Virus record (IMG/VR): IMGVR_UViG_3300024348_000008 | Length of the DNA: 64,000 bases | Reading direction: 5' to 3' (one strand) | DNA from: a virus | In this document: positions 8,796 through 18,665 of the stretch, piece after piece | How the letters are laid out: every line of letters begins with the position of its first letter | Position numbering within the stretch: position 1 is the stretch's first letter | Program-made: the position numbers and the translations under genes | The notes under the pieces: generated by a model | What the model was told of the DNA's origin: nothing | Seen by the model: only the letters and a program-made list of their open reading frames with translations | Database searches by the model: none

Positions 8796-10507
8796 TCGAA
8801 TTTAAATCGTGTAAGTGGAAGAACTTTCTATCCACTGGTAATGAATTTACCAATATTCAATTAGATAAAGAACCAACAACATTAATAGTCGGAGCTAACG
8901 GAGCTGGTAAATCTACTCTTTTGGATGCTATTTCCTTTGGTTTATTTGGAAAACCACACAGAGACATTAAAAAAGATCAAATGATCAATAGTATTAATAA
9001 AAAAGGTACAGTTGTTGAAGTAGAGTTTGATGTTGGAGGTCAATCGTTTAGAATTTATAGAGGAATTAAACCTAATAAATTTGAAATATACCAAAACGGT
9101 CATCAAATTAATCAAGCTTCAAATGCCAGAGATCATCAAAAATATCTCGAACAAAATATACTTAAATTAAATCATAAATCTTTTCATCAAGTTGTAGTTC
9201 TAGGATCTTCAAGTTTTATTCCCTTTATGCAATTACCAACTTGGACTCGAAGAGAAGTAATTGAAGATCTCTTAGATATTAACATATTCTCTAAAATGAA
9301 TGGTTTATTAAAAGAAAGAAACAATAAAATTAAAGATGAATTAATTGATATTACACATCGCTTAGATCTAAATAAAACAAAAACAGATTCACAAAACAAA
9401 TATATAAAAGATCTACAAGGTATTAATAAAGATATGATAGAACAAAAAGAGCTATCTATTAAAGATCATAAAACAGAAATATTAGAATATTTTGCAAATT
9501 CAAAAAAATTAGGAAAAAATCTAACTAATGAAATGGATATTAATGCAAAAACTAATTCTAAAATATCAGATAATATTAGTCAATTAAATTCAAAAGATTA
9601 TTCTAATAAAGAGGCTATTAAAGGTTTAGTTAAAGAAGCAAGGTTTTATGAAGACAATGATCACTGCCCTACATGTGATCAAAATATAGATGAAGAAACG
9701 AAAGCATCAAAGTTATTATCTTTAGGTAAAACTGCAGGATCAATGCAATCTAATATGAATATATTAAAGAAAGAATTAGATGCAGCAATAGTAGATCTAA
9801 ATGAAAACAAAAAGATTATGCAAAAATTACAAAATCGTCAAATAAAAATTAATTCAAACAATGACGCAGTAACAATATTACAAAAAGAAATTGATCGTAT
9901 TCAAAATGAAATAAAAAACTTAAGTGGCCAAACAGGTGATGTAAAAGTTGCCAAAAGAGATTTAGAAACATTACGACTAGAAAAAGATAAATGTACAGAA
10001 AGAAAACTAACATATGTAGAAGAACGTACATATAATGAAGTAATTGGAGAAATGCTTAAAGATACTGGTATTAAAACTAAAGTGATTAAACAATATCTTC
10101 CAGTAATGAATAGATTAATTAATAATTATCTTCAAGTATTAGATTTCTTTGTTGCATTTCATCTAGATGAATCATTTAATGAAACAATTAGATCTCGCCA
10201 CAGAGATTCATTCAATTATGCTTCATTTTCTGAAGGAGAGAAGCAAAGAATAGACTTAGCTTTGCTCTTTACTTGGCGCCAGTTAGCTAAAATGAAAAAC
10301 AGTGCAAGTAGTAATTTATTGATCCTAGATGAGACTTTTGACTCTAGTTTAGACGTAGATGGCATAGATAATCTCACCAAGATACTAAATACGCTCGAGG
10401 AAGGCACAAATGTGTTCATTATATCACATAAAGGTGATATTTTAGAAAATAAGTTCAGATCTAAGATAGAATTCTATAAAGATAGGAACTTTTCTAAGAT
10501 TAGATAG
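8792..10507 (+). CDS. 46: recombination ATPase subunit gp46 (Rad50/SbcC-like)
   Basis: GANGAGKST, CPTC zinc hook, FSEGEK signature, LILDE Walker B. Confidence 0.97.
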   Translation: MIEFKSCKWKNFLSTGNEFTNIQLDKEPTTLIVGANGAGKSTLLDAISFGLFGKPHRDIKKDQMINSINKKGTVVEVEFDVGGQSFRIYRGIKPNKFEIYQNGHQINQASNARDHQKYLEQNILKLNHKSFHQVVVLGSSSFIPFMQLPTWTRREVIEDLLDINIFSKMNGLLKERNNKIKDELIDITHRLDLNKTKTDSQNKYIKDLQGINKDMIEQKELSIKDHKTEILEYFANSKKLGKNLTNEMDINAKTNSKISDNISQLNSKDYSNKEAIKGLVKEARFYEDNDHCPTCDQNIDEETKASKLLSLGKTAGSMQSNMNILKKELDAAIVDLNENKKIMQKLQNRQIKINSNNDAVTILQKEIDRIQNEIKNLSGQTGDVKVAKRDLETLRLEKDKCTERKLTYVEERTYNEVIGEMLKDTGIKTKVIKQYLPVMNRLINNYLQVLDFFVAFHLDESFNETIRSRHRDSFNYASFSEGEKQRIDLALLFTWRQLAKMKNSASSNLLILDETFDSSLDVDGIDNLTKILNTLEEGTNVFIISHKGDILENKFRSKIEFYKDRNFSKIR

Positions 10508-10592
10508 AAAAACAGCTCTGGTGTGAATTGTTGCGTATGTATACCTTAGTAACTGTTTCAAAACGCACACCCGCTCACAAAAAAATCAACAC

Positions 10593-10720
10593 TGTGACTA
10601 ATATATCACTATGGTCACATAAAGTGAAAATAAATGAAAAAAAGTGAAAAAAAGCATGTACATACCCGGTCCATATGGTATAATATACCTATATTAAAAA
10701 ATAAAACACTGTAAGGAGTG
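10593..10720 (+). repeat. early promoter/SD cassette, copy 1
   Basis: TGTGAC-N15-GTCACA palindrome, A-tracts, TGTACA-N16-TATAAT and a 45-bp block identical to 13061-13105 and 34540-34584. Confidence 0.9.
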
Positions 10721-10723
10721 GAT

Positions 10724-12976
10724 ATGCAAAACAAAACAATAGGTAAATTACTCGCAAAAGAGAATATTACTATTCAACATGGTAATTATCATACCGCTTG
10801 GTTTGACATACAAAACAGAACTTTGGGACTTCCGCAATGGGCAGATCATGGTAAAGATGTATATGATTTGTTAATTGGTCATGAAGTTGGTCATGCATTA
10901 TTTACCCCCTTTGAAGGATGGCACGATTCTCCTGAAAAATTAAAAGGTTGTCCTAGATCTTATATTAATGTAATTGAAGATGCTCGTATTGAAAAACTAG
11001 TACGTCGAGCATATCCTGGTCTTGTTGGTCCTTTCTTAAGAGGATATAAAAAGCTTTCTGCTGATAACTTTTTTGGTGATTTAGATAAATTAAAGATGCA
11101 ACAAGTTAAGCTTATCGATAAAATTAACCTTAAAGCAAAATTAGGTAAAGAAATTGATATACGATTTAATACACTAGAGCAAGCTTTATTTGACAGAGCA
11201 ATGTTAACAGAAACGTTTGAAGAAGTAGTTGAATTAGTAAAAGATGTTCTTGCATATACTAAAGAAAATCAAAAAGAATTAATGGATCAACCCGCACTAT
11301 TACCTAATGTTGAACCATCACTATTACCTAAAGGTAATGATGATATACCTAAAGGTCATGATGATATGGATTCTGAAGAAGCTTCTCCTCAAGAAGAAAC
11401 TTCTTCTACTCAAAATGAGGAAGAAGAAAATTCTTCAACTCAAGAAGCAAAAGAAAATGAAGAAGCAAAAGAAGATAAAAATAATATTGTTTCTAAAGAA
11501 CCTATACATAATGATCATGAAGATACCTCAATAACTGATACAATATTTAGAGAAAACGAAAGTGGATTAGTTGCAAAAGATCATTTAGGTCATGAAGTAT
11601 TATATTCTTCAGGTATATCTAAAGAGCTTATTAACGAAATTGTAATCGATTATAAAACATTAGCTAAAGATAGATTATATCAAACAAAACTAAATAATAA
11701 TAAGTCTTTAGAAAATCGTAATTTAGAATTTAAGCAATATATGAAAGATACTCGTAAGAATGTTAATTTTGCTATTAAAGAATTTGAAATGAGAAAGGCA
11801 GCACATCAATGGCAAAGAGCTACTACAGCTAAAACTGGTTCTTTAGATGTTAATAAAGTACATAGTTATAAATATAATGAAGATATTTTTGCAAGAGTTA
11901 CTTCATTAGCAGATGCTAAAAATCATGGTATGATTATGATTATCGATTATAGTGGTTCAATGTGTGAATCAATGCCATATGTTTTAGATCAATTGATGCA
12001 TTTAATAGTATTTTGTAAAGCAGTAAATATACCTTTTGAAGTATATGCATTTACTACTGGAAACCCAAATTTTGTTAATTGGCATCATAGAGAAGATGAT
12101 GATGTTGAACGTAAAGCTTTCATTGAATCTCATAACACAATAGTAAACAATAATATTAAAAAATTTAAAGATGCATCTTTATCCATAGATGATCTTTCAA
12201 TGCCTTTATTGGTTTCTTCAAAGTTGAAAAAAAATGAATATATTACTGCAATGGCTAACTTACATTGTAAAATAAAGTCATCCACTTGGAATAGTGGATT
12301 TACTAGTCAGTATGAACAATGGGGATCAACTCCATTAAATGCTGCTTTAGTTGTATCTCATCATCTCATTAAAAAATTCAAAATGAAACATGGTGTTGAA
12401 AAAATGAATTTTGTATGTTTATCTGATGGAGATACTAATCAAATGCATGTTATACATGATCATAAGCTTACTAGTAAAAGAACAGAAACAAATAGTTGGG
12501 GTAGATCTGGATTAAATATTACTATTGATGGTAAAAATATCAAGACAAGTGATAGCTCAAAGGGTGCAACCAAAGAGTTATTACTCAATATTCAAAAAAG
12601 ATATAATACTAATACTTTAGGGTTTTTTATGGCAGATGACAATAGACATTTTTATAATAGAATTCAATCTGCTGTTATGGATTCAGAAAAATCACAATTT
12701 ATTGATTATTATTCACAAGAATGGAAAGATCTTAAGAAAAACTCAAATACAGAATTTCGCAAAAATAAATGCGTAGTTAAAAATAATGTATTAGGTTATA
12801 ATGAATATTACATCATTAAAGGTGGAGCAACGCTATCTGCTCAAGGCGATGAACCAATGTCTGATTTAAATGATGATTCTTCAACTGCTCAAGTTAGGAA
12901 CGCGTTTAAAAAACAAGCTAAATCAAAGAAAACAAACAAAGTGTTATTAACAAGATTTGGTAAAGCGGTAGCATAG
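10724..12976 (+). CDS. metallopeptidase-like (HExxH) plus vWA-domain protein (CobT-like partner of the AAA ATPase)
   Basis: HEVGHAL and NVIEDARIE; acidic linker; vWA MIDAS DYSGSM, GSTPL, LSDGD. Confidence 0.85.
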   Translation: MQNKTIGKLLAKENITIQHGNYHTAWFDIQNRTLGLPQWADHGKDVYDLLIGHEVGHALFTPFEGWHDSPEKLKGCPRSYINVIEDARIEKLVRRAYPGLVGPFLRGYKKLSADNFFGDLDKLKMQQVKLIDKINLKAKLGKEIDIRFNTLEQALFDRAMLTETFEEVVELVKDVLAYTKENQKELMDQPALLPNVEPSLLPKGNDDIPKGHDDMDSEEASPQEETSSTQNEEEENSSTQEAKENEEAKEDKNNIVSKEPIHNDHEDTSITDTIFRENESGLVAKDHLGHEVLYSSGISKELINEIVIDYKTLAKDRLYQTKLNNNKSLENRNLEFKQYMKDTRKNVNFAIKEFEMRKAAHQWQRATTAKTGSLDVNKVHSYKYNEDIFARVTSLADAKNHGMIMIIDYSGSMCESMPYVLDQLMHLIVFCKAVNIPFEVYAFTTGNPNFVNWHHREDDDVERKAFIESHNTIVNNNIKKFKDASLSIDDLSMPLLVSSKLKKNEYITAMANLHCKIKSSTWNSGFTSQYEQWGSTPLNAALVVSHHLIKKFKMKHGVEKMNFVCLSDGDTNQMHVIHDHKLTSKRTETNSWGRSGLNITIDGKNIKTSDSSKGATKELLLNIQKRYNTNTLGFFMADDNRHFYNRIQSAVMDSEKSQFIDYYSQEWKDLKKNSNTEFRKNKCVVKNNVLGYNEYYIIKGGATLSAQGDEPMSDLNDDSSTAQVRNAFKKQAKSKKTNKVLLTRFGKAVA

Positions 12977-13105
12977 TGTGACTAATATATCACTATGGTC
13001 ACACAAAATGAAAATAAATGAAAAAAAGTGAAAAAAAGCATGTACAAAGCTATATGTTTATGGTATAATATACCTATATTAAAAAATAAAACACTGTAAG
13101 GAGTG
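12977..13105 (+). repeat. early promoter/SD cassette, copy 2
   Basis: Near-identical to 10593-10720, differing mainly in the -35/-10 spacer. Confidence 0.9.
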
Positions 13106-13113
13106 TATACATT

Positions 13114-14298
13114 ATGAAAAAAAGTGAAATGAAACCATCAACCCAAAACATCTTGAAAGAATTATCTTCAAGATTTCCAGATCAAAATGAATTTCGTACT
13201 GCGACAATCATAGAGACTGCAAAATCTTTGGGTTATAAGTATGGTGATTGGAAAGATATTATCTCATCAGAATTTAGAATTAGACGTGGAACGTTTGATC
13301 TTGCTGGTATGGTAGTACCTTTACATCCAGAAACAGAAACAAATATAACTGTTCCACAAACCGCTGCACAATTGCATTCAATTGTAAATTCGGAAAAAAC
13401 ATTTGCAGAAGTTGATCCTTCATATGTTCCATGGGGAGCACATGCGGATATTACTAAAGTTGTAAAATCTGGAATGTTTTATCCAGTATATATTTCTGGA
13501 TTATCAGGAAATGGTAAAACATTTATGGTTGAACAAACTTGTGCAAAACTTAAAAAGGAGTTTATACGAGTTCAAATAAATCCTGAAACTGATGAAGATG
13601 ATTTAATTGGTGGATTTAGATTACTAAATGGTGAAACTGTATTTTCAAAAGGTCCAGTACTTAAAGCAATGGAAAACGGAGCTATTTTGCTTCTTGATGA
13701 AATTGATAGAGCTACAAATAAAATTATGTGTCTTCAAGGTATTCTCGAAGGAAAACCTGTTCTTGTTAAGAAAACTGGTGAGATTGTAAGACCTTCTCCA
13801 GGATTTAACGTTATAGCTACTGCTAATACAAAAGGTAAAGGTTCTGAAGATGGAAGATTTACTGCAGCAACTATTATCGATGATGCATTCTTAGAACGAT
13901 TTACAATTTCAATTGATCAAGCATTTCCTGCAGCAAGAACTGAAAGTAAAATTGTTATTAATCATTTCGAAAAATTTGGAATGAAAATTGATCAAGATAT
14001 TAAAGATTTTACTAAAAACTTAGTTGATTGGGCAGACATAATTAGAAAAACGTTTTATGATGATGGTGTTGATGAAGTTATTTCAACAAGACGCCTTTGT
14101 CACATTGTTCAAACATATTCTATATTTAATGATAGAATGAAAGCAATTGATCTTTGTATAGCACGATTTGATGATGATACAAAAGAAGCATTTCTTGATT
14201 TGTATACAAAAGTAGATTCTGGTGTTGTATTTGAATCTCCTATTAGTGATGAAATTGCAACAGATTATGATGATTATAACGAACAAGATGACGAATGA
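13114..14298 (+). CDS. CobS/MoxR-like AAA+ ATPase
   Basis: GLSGNGKT Walker A, LLLDEID Walker B, ATANTKGKG, AFLERF, ISTRRL. Confidence 0.9.
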   Translation: MKKSEMKPSTQNILKELSSRFPDQNEFRTATIIETAKSLGYKYGDWKDIISSEFRIRRGTFDLAGMVVPLHPETETNITVPQTAAQLHSIVNSEKTFAEVDPSYVPWGAHADITKVVKSGMFYPVYISGLSGNGKTFMVEQTCAKLKKEFIRVQINPETDEDDLIGGFRLLNGETVFSKGPVLKAMENGAILLLDEIDRATNKIMCLQGILEGKPVLVKKTGEIVRPSPGFNVIATANTKGKGSEDGRFTAATIIDDAFLERFTISIDQAFPAARTESKIVINHFEKFGMKIDQDIKDFTKNLVDWADIIRKTFYDDGVDEVISTRRLCHIVQTYSIFNDRMKAIDLCIARFDDDTKEAFLDLYTKVDSGVVFESPISDEIATDYDDYNEQDDE

Positions 14299-14573
14299 GT
14301 AAAAAAGTCGATTATAAATTTAATGAAGGTGAGCTCTGTGATGAGCTCAAAGCCTACATAGATAGTACGTATACTGCGCATTATTCTAAAAACAAATTTC
14401 AAGCAACCGAATTTATTATTGACGGTGGTCATGGTGAAGGCTTTTGTTTAGGAAACATATTGAAGTACGCACAACGATATGGTAAAAAAGATGGTTATAA
14501 TAGAAAAGATCTGATGAAGGTTTTACACTATGCAATTATCGCACTTTCGGTTCATGATGAGCGTGAACTATAA
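14295..14573 (+). CDS. DUF3310-like (SaV-like) protein
   Basis: HY...GFCLGNILKYAQRYGKKDG...DLMKVLHY pattern. Confidence 0.75.
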   Translation: MSKKVDYKFNEGELCDELKAYIDSTYTAHYSKNKFQATEFIIDGGHGEGFCLGNILKYAQRYGKKDGYNRKDLMKVLHYAIIALSVHDEREL

Positions 14574-14587
14574 TTGAGGATTATATT

Positions 14588-15262
14588 ATGAATATATCAA
14601 ATGACACATTAAAAGTGTTAAAAAACTTTGCAACGATTAATCCAAATATCGTTTGTAAACCTGGTCAAAAATTATCGACCATATCAGATGCAAAAAACAT
14701 ACTTGCATCGTGCACAATCCCTGAGGATTTTCCACAAGAGTTCGGAATCTATGATTTAAACGAATTTTTATCTGTGGTAGGTTTGATGGATAATGCATCA
14801 TTATCTTTTGAAGATAAATTTGTTACTATTAATGGAGATCATAAACAGAGAATGAACTATTATTTTTCTGCTCCTGAAATTTTAACATCTCCTGAAAAAG
14901 ATTTAACAATGCCAGAAGCAGAATTTAGTATATCATTATCAATGGATACTTTAAACAATATTAGAAAAGCTTCTGCAGTTTTAGGACACAATGAATTAGT
15001 TATTAGTGGTGAAAATGGAGATGTAAGTGCAAAGGTTGTTGATTTAAAAGATGCAACTGCTAATTCTTATGAAATGCATTTAGATCATGACAATGATTGT
15101 AAAAATAAATTTAGTTTTGTAATTAATATTGCAAATTTAAAGCTATTAGAAGGCGATTACTTCTTAATGATTTCATCTAAATTGATTTCATCGTGGCAGA
15201 ATACGGATTTTCCGGTAAATTATTTTATCGCTTTAGAAAAAACGTCTGAATTTCATGTATAA
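14588..15262 (+). CDS. 45: sliding clamp gp45
   Basis: LKNFATINPNI, FGIYDLNEFL, YFIALE. Confidence 0.96.
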   Translation: MNISNDTLKVLKNFATINPNIVCKPGQKLSTISDAKNILASCTIPEDFPQEFGIYDLNEFLSVVGLMDNASLSFEDKFVTINGDHKQRMNYYFSAPEILTSPEKDLTMPEAEFSISLSMDTLNNIRKASAVLGHNELVISGENGDVSAKVVDLKDATANSYEMHLDHDNDCKNKFSFVINIANLKLLEGDYFLMISSKLISSWQNTDFPVNYFIALEKTSEFHV

Positions 15263-15265
15263 ATA
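15258..15265 (+). promoter_or_regulatory. late promoter
   Basis: TATAAATA overlapping the gp45 stop. Confidence 0.6.
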
Positions 15266-15365
15266 TACATGTAAAAGAAATTCTCATATATCATGAGGAT
15301 ATGGTGGAAGATGCCGCAATTGCGGGTCTTCTTAATATAGTCTACTTTGCAAAGGAGAAAACAAA

Positions 15366-15623
15366 ATGACTGATCAAGTAGAAAATCAAGCAGCAGAGCC
15401 TGTACAACTCTCGCTTCAAGATATCGCAACAATGGTACAGATTATCGACATCTGTTCTAAAAGAGGCGGTTTTGAAGGTCCAGAAATGGAAGCAGTAGGT
15501 TCTTTGAGAACTAGAACTGTTAAATTCTTGGAAGCTAATCAACCGCAAGGTGAACAAGCTCCAGAAGGAACAGTTCCTCAAGAAGAGCCAGTTGTCGAGA
15601 CTGTAGAAGCCGAAGAAGCTTAA
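15366..15623 (+). CDS. hypothetical acidic protein
   Basis: ORF with AAGGAG SD; LSLQDI...IIDICSKRGGF.G.E...VG.LR pattern. Confidence 0.75.
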   Translation: MTDQVENQAAEPVQLSLQDIATMVQIIDICSKRGGFEGPEMEAVGSLRTRTVKFLEANQPQGEQAPEGTVPQEEPVVETVEAEEA

Positions 15624-15637
15624 CTCGATTAGCTTAA

Positions 15638-15665
15638 TGTGAGGGTAGCTCCCTCACGCATTTTA
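15638..15665 (+). terminator. probable rho-independent terminator
   Basis: GTGAGGG-TAGCT-CCCTCAC followed by T-rich tract. Confidence 0.65.
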
Positions 15666-15687
15666 TATTATATTATGGAGATCATTA

Positions 15688-15945
15688 ATGGATCGTAATG
15701 AAAAACAACGCCTATTCGAGGCACTTAAACAAGGTACAGTAACTGTAACCTTTCAAAAAATTAACTCGGACGAGATTCGAGTTATGCCATGCACTCTAAA
15801 TCCAATAGTATTAGAAGCTTTTGGTATCAATCAAAAAATCGGTAATATCACACCAGAATCAGAGCATTATGCTGCTTGGGCATTAGACAAAGAAGATTGG
15901 AGATCTTTTCGTTTAGATACAGTTCTAGGTTGGGAGGTATTATGA
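15688..15945 (+). CDS. conserved hypothetical protein (WYL_2/SH3-like barrel)
   Basis: VTVTFQKI...RVMPCTL...WRSFRLD pattern. Confidence 0.75.
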   Translation: MDRNEKQRLFEALKQGTVTVTFQKINSDEIRVMPCTLNPIVLEAFGINQKIGNITPESEHYAAWALDKEDWRSFRLDTVLGWEVL

Positions 15946-16880
15946 TGCAAGAATTTTTATGGTGTGAAAAGTATAGACCAAAGACAATCGCTGATTGTAT
16001 TTTACCAGAGCCAATAAAGAAAACTTTTGAAGATATTGTTAAAGGCGGTGAATTACACAATATGCTTCTAACCGGAACTCCCGGTTTAGGTAAAACAACA
16101 GTGGCAAAAGCTTTATGTAATGAATTGTCTTTGGACTTTCTTTTAATAAACGGTTCGGAAGAAAGTGGAATTGACACACTTCGAACCAAGATCAAACAGT
16201 TTGCTTCGTCGGTATCCTTACAGGGTGGTTATAAAGTAGTCATCCTCGACGAAGCAGACTACCTTAATCCACAATCAACTCAACCAGCGCTTAGAGGATT
16301 TATTGAAGAATTCTCTGCTAATTGTAGATTTATTTTAACATGTAATTTTAAAAATCGTATTATTGAACCATTACATTCAAGATGTACTACAATAGAATTT
16401 AATATGACTAAAAGGGATAGTGCAGTATTATGTTCTAAGTTTTTAGATCGGTGTGGATTTATTCTTGAAACTGAAAATATAACATACGATGAAGCGGTTG
16501 TCGCAGAACTTATTATGAAACATATGCCAGATTGGCGTAGAGTTATTAATGAATTACAACGATATAGCTCTAGCGGTGTTATCGATAGTGGTATATTAAT
16601 ACAATTAAGTGATATCGCAATAAGTGATTTAATGGAGCACCTTAAACTTAAAAACTTTAAGCTTATGCGACAGTGGGTATCAGACAACATGGACAGTGAA
16701 CCTGCTGCTATATATAGAAAAATATATGATCATATGTATCACCATATTGAAGTTACCTCTATCCCACAAACGGTTTTAATTTTAGCAGATTATCAATATA
16801 AGAATGCATTCGTTGCAGATCATGAATTAAATACCGTTGCATGTTTAACAGAAATAATGGCAGGAGTCAAATTTAAATGA
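15942..16880 (+). CDS. 44: clamp loader large subunit gp44
   Basis: LWCEKYRP, GTPGLGKTT, ILDEAD, PLHSRC; ATG 15942 after GGAGG. Confidence 0.97.
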   Translation: MMQEFLWCEKYRPKTIADCILPEPIKKTFEDIVKGGELHNMLLTGTPGLGKTTVAKALCNELSLDFLLINGSEESGIDTLRTKIKQFASSVSLQGGYKVVILDEADYLNPQSTQPALRGFIEEFSANCRFILTCNFKNRIIEPLHSRCTTIEFNMTKRDSAVLCSKFLDRCGFILETENITYDEAVVAELIMKHMPDWRRVINELQRYSSSGVIDSGILIQLSDIAISDLMEHLKLKNFKLMRQWVSDNMDSEPAAIYRKIYDHMYHHIEVTSIPQTVLILADYQYKNAFVADHELNTVACLTEIMAGVKFK

Positions 16881-17122
16881 CAGATAAAATAACACAAAAC
16901 GTAGTAAAACAATTAGATGTTCTTGAAAAAAACATTAATGAACTACAAAAAAGTCTTCAAGATGCATATAAACGTATTGGAGAATTGACTTCTGAATTAT
17001 ATGAAATAAAACAAAAAAATAATACTAAAAATTCTGATTTTTCTGATCTTGAAGATCTTAGAGAGTCATCATATGAAGATTGGGAATATGCATTATATTC
17101 TGATCCACCTAAATCCATATGA
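16877..17122 (+). CDS. hypothetical coiled-coil protein inserted between gp44 and gp62
   Basis: Translationally coupled ORF. Confidence 0.6.
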   Translation: MTDKITQNVVKQLDVLEKNINELQKSLQDAYKRIGELTSELYEIKQKNNTKNSDFSDLEDLRESSYEDWEYALYSDPPKSI

Positions 17123-17499
17123 ATCCGTTTGAATATTTAAAAGCAATTAACATAACAAAAAAAGATGTTATGGTTGATGATATAGCAGAAAACAATTATA
17201 ATAGTTTTATTGTTAATAGATCTCTTTCATACTTTCCTGATACTGTTTTGTTTGCTAATGAAATGAATATAAACCATCATATTGACGCGCGTCTTCAATT
17301 CGATTTTTTTATAAATATAATTAAGAAACGAAAAAGATTCTCTAAGTGGACTAAAGCTAATGAAATAGAGAATTTAGCGGTCATTAAAGAATATTATGGT
17401 TATAGCGATGAAAAAGCTAAATCTATATATAATTTATTCAGTAATGAAGAATTACTAACATTGAAAAATAGGATTTACAAAGGTGGAAGAAGAAAATAA
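17119..17499 (+). CDS. 62: clamp loader small subunit gp62
   Basis: FIVNRSLSYFPDTVLFANEMN, RKRFSKW, KEYYGYS. Confidence 0.93.
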   Translation: MNPFEYLKAINITKKDVMVDDIAENNYNSFIVNRSLSYFPDTVLFANEMNINHHIDARLQFDFFINIIKKRKRFSKWTKANEIENLAVIKEYYGYSDEKAKSIYNLFSNEELLTLKNRIYKGGRRK

Positions 17500-17911
17500 A
17501 GAAATACACCCGTGGACTCCAAGTAATATGCTTGAAGTTACACTTAATGAACCTGACGACTTTTTAAAGGTTCGAGAAACGCTGACTCGTATCGGAGTAG
17601 CATCAAGAAAAGAAAATAAATTATTTCAATCTTGTCATATTTTACATAAACAAGGTAGATATTTTATTGTTCATTTTAAAGAATTGTTTCTATTAGATGG
17701 AAAACCTTCTAATTTAATAGAAAACGATATACAACGTAGAAATACAATTGCTACGTTGTTAGCTGACTGGGGATTAGTTAGTATGATTGATCCCACACAA
17801 GCGAAGGATATTGCACCATTAAGACAAATCAAGGTAATACCGTTTAAAGATAAGTCTATATGGGAATTATGTCCTAAATATAATATAGGAAATAGTCAAT
17901 CTAAAGACTAA
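17483..17911 (+). CDS. regA: translational repressor RegA
   Basis: DDFLKVRETLTRIGVAS, QSCHILHKQGRYFIVHFKELFLLDG. Confidence 0.97.
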   Translation: MEEENKEIHPWTPSNMLEVTLNEPDDFLKVRETLTRIGVASRKENKLFQSCHILHKQGRYFIVHFKELFLLDGKPSNLIENDIQRRNTIATLLADWGLVSMIDPTQAKDIAPLRQIKVIPFKDKSIWELCPKYNIGNSQSKD

Positions 17912-17916
17912 TCTTG

Positions 17917-17924
17917 TATAAATA
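17917..17924 (+). promoter_or_regulatory. late promoter upstream of hsp20
   Basis: TATAAATA. Confidence 0.6.
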
Positions 17925-17985
17925 TAACCGGTTGTCCCATTAGGGAGACCATATACTAATCTTGCTTTAAATAGGAGAAAAAATT

Positions 17986-18450
17986 ATGACAAGAAATAAT
18001 ATAAAAATGCATGTACCACGTTCGCTTTTTGTAGGATTCGAACATCTGTTTGATGACTTAGAACGTATTCACGGATCTGCTAGATCTGGAGATAATTATC
18101 CCCCTCATAATATAGTTAAAATTGACGACGAAAAGTTCTTGATTGAACTTGCCGTTGCCGGTTTTGCTGAAGAGGATATAAACATAGAAGTTAAAGAAGG
18201 CATCTTAGCGATATCTGGTGAAACTTCTGATGAAGAGCGCGCTTATGTACATAAAGGAATCTCGTCACGCAAATTTGAGAAAAGCTTCCGCATCTCAGAA
18301 TTTGTGGTAGTAGATGGGGCTGATCTTGTGGACGGAATACTCGTTATTAGTTTAAGAGTAGAACTTCCCGAAGAGAAGCGACCTAGGAAGATCAACATAG
18401 GATCTACTGGGAAATCAACGAAGCAGTCACCTGAATTTATTCAAGACTAA
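17986..18450 (+). CDS. small heat-shock protein Hsp20 (IbpA-like)
   Basis: NYPPHNIVK, IELAVAGF, HKGISSRKF, GADLVDGIL. Confidence 0.95.
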   Translation: MTRNNIKMHVPRSLFVGFEHLFDDLERIHGSARSGDNYPPHNIVKIDDEKFLIELAVAGFAEEDINIEVKEGILAISGETSDEERAYVHKGISSRKFEKSFRISEFVVVDGADLVDGILVISLRVELPEEKRPRKINIGSTGKSTKQSPEFIQD

Positions 18451-18499
18451 ATTAGCGAAAATACTAGTAGATATTAAGTAATATTTACTGGAGTTAATC

Positions 18500-18619
18500 A
18501 TGGGCTACTATCGTAAGCACAAAAATGACATCAGATCCGCAGTTGAATTAATTACAGTACTATTTTTTACAATAGGAATAGCACCAACATTAATGCTTCT
18601 TGCGTCTTTTAGTCATTAA
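18500..18619 (+). CDS. small membrane protein (39 aa; not in ORF track)
   Basis: GGAG SD, then MGYYRKHKNDIRSAVELITVLFFTIGIAPTLMLLASFSH*; followed by a terminator. Confidence 0.6.
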   Translation: MGYYRKHKNDIRSAVELITVLFFTIGIAPTLMLLASFSH

Positions 18620-18625
18620 TAACCT

Positions 18626-18660
18626 TTCATGGGGGGAAATAATTTTCCCCCTATGAATTT
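18626..18660 (+). terminator. stem-loop / terminator
   Basis: TTCATGGGGGGAAA...TTTTCCCCCTATGAA inverted repeat followed by TTT. Confidence 0.65.
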
Positions 18661-18665
18661 AAGCA

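Noticed and set aside
10522-10580. lac-operator-like fragments (AATTGTT ... CCGCTCACAA)
   Set aside because: The halves are about 40 nt apart with no vector context; likely coincidence
11296-11370. Short repeats (CACTATTACCTA, TACCTAAAGGT) in the vWA protein linker
   Set aside because: Low-complexity linker duplications with no regular spacing
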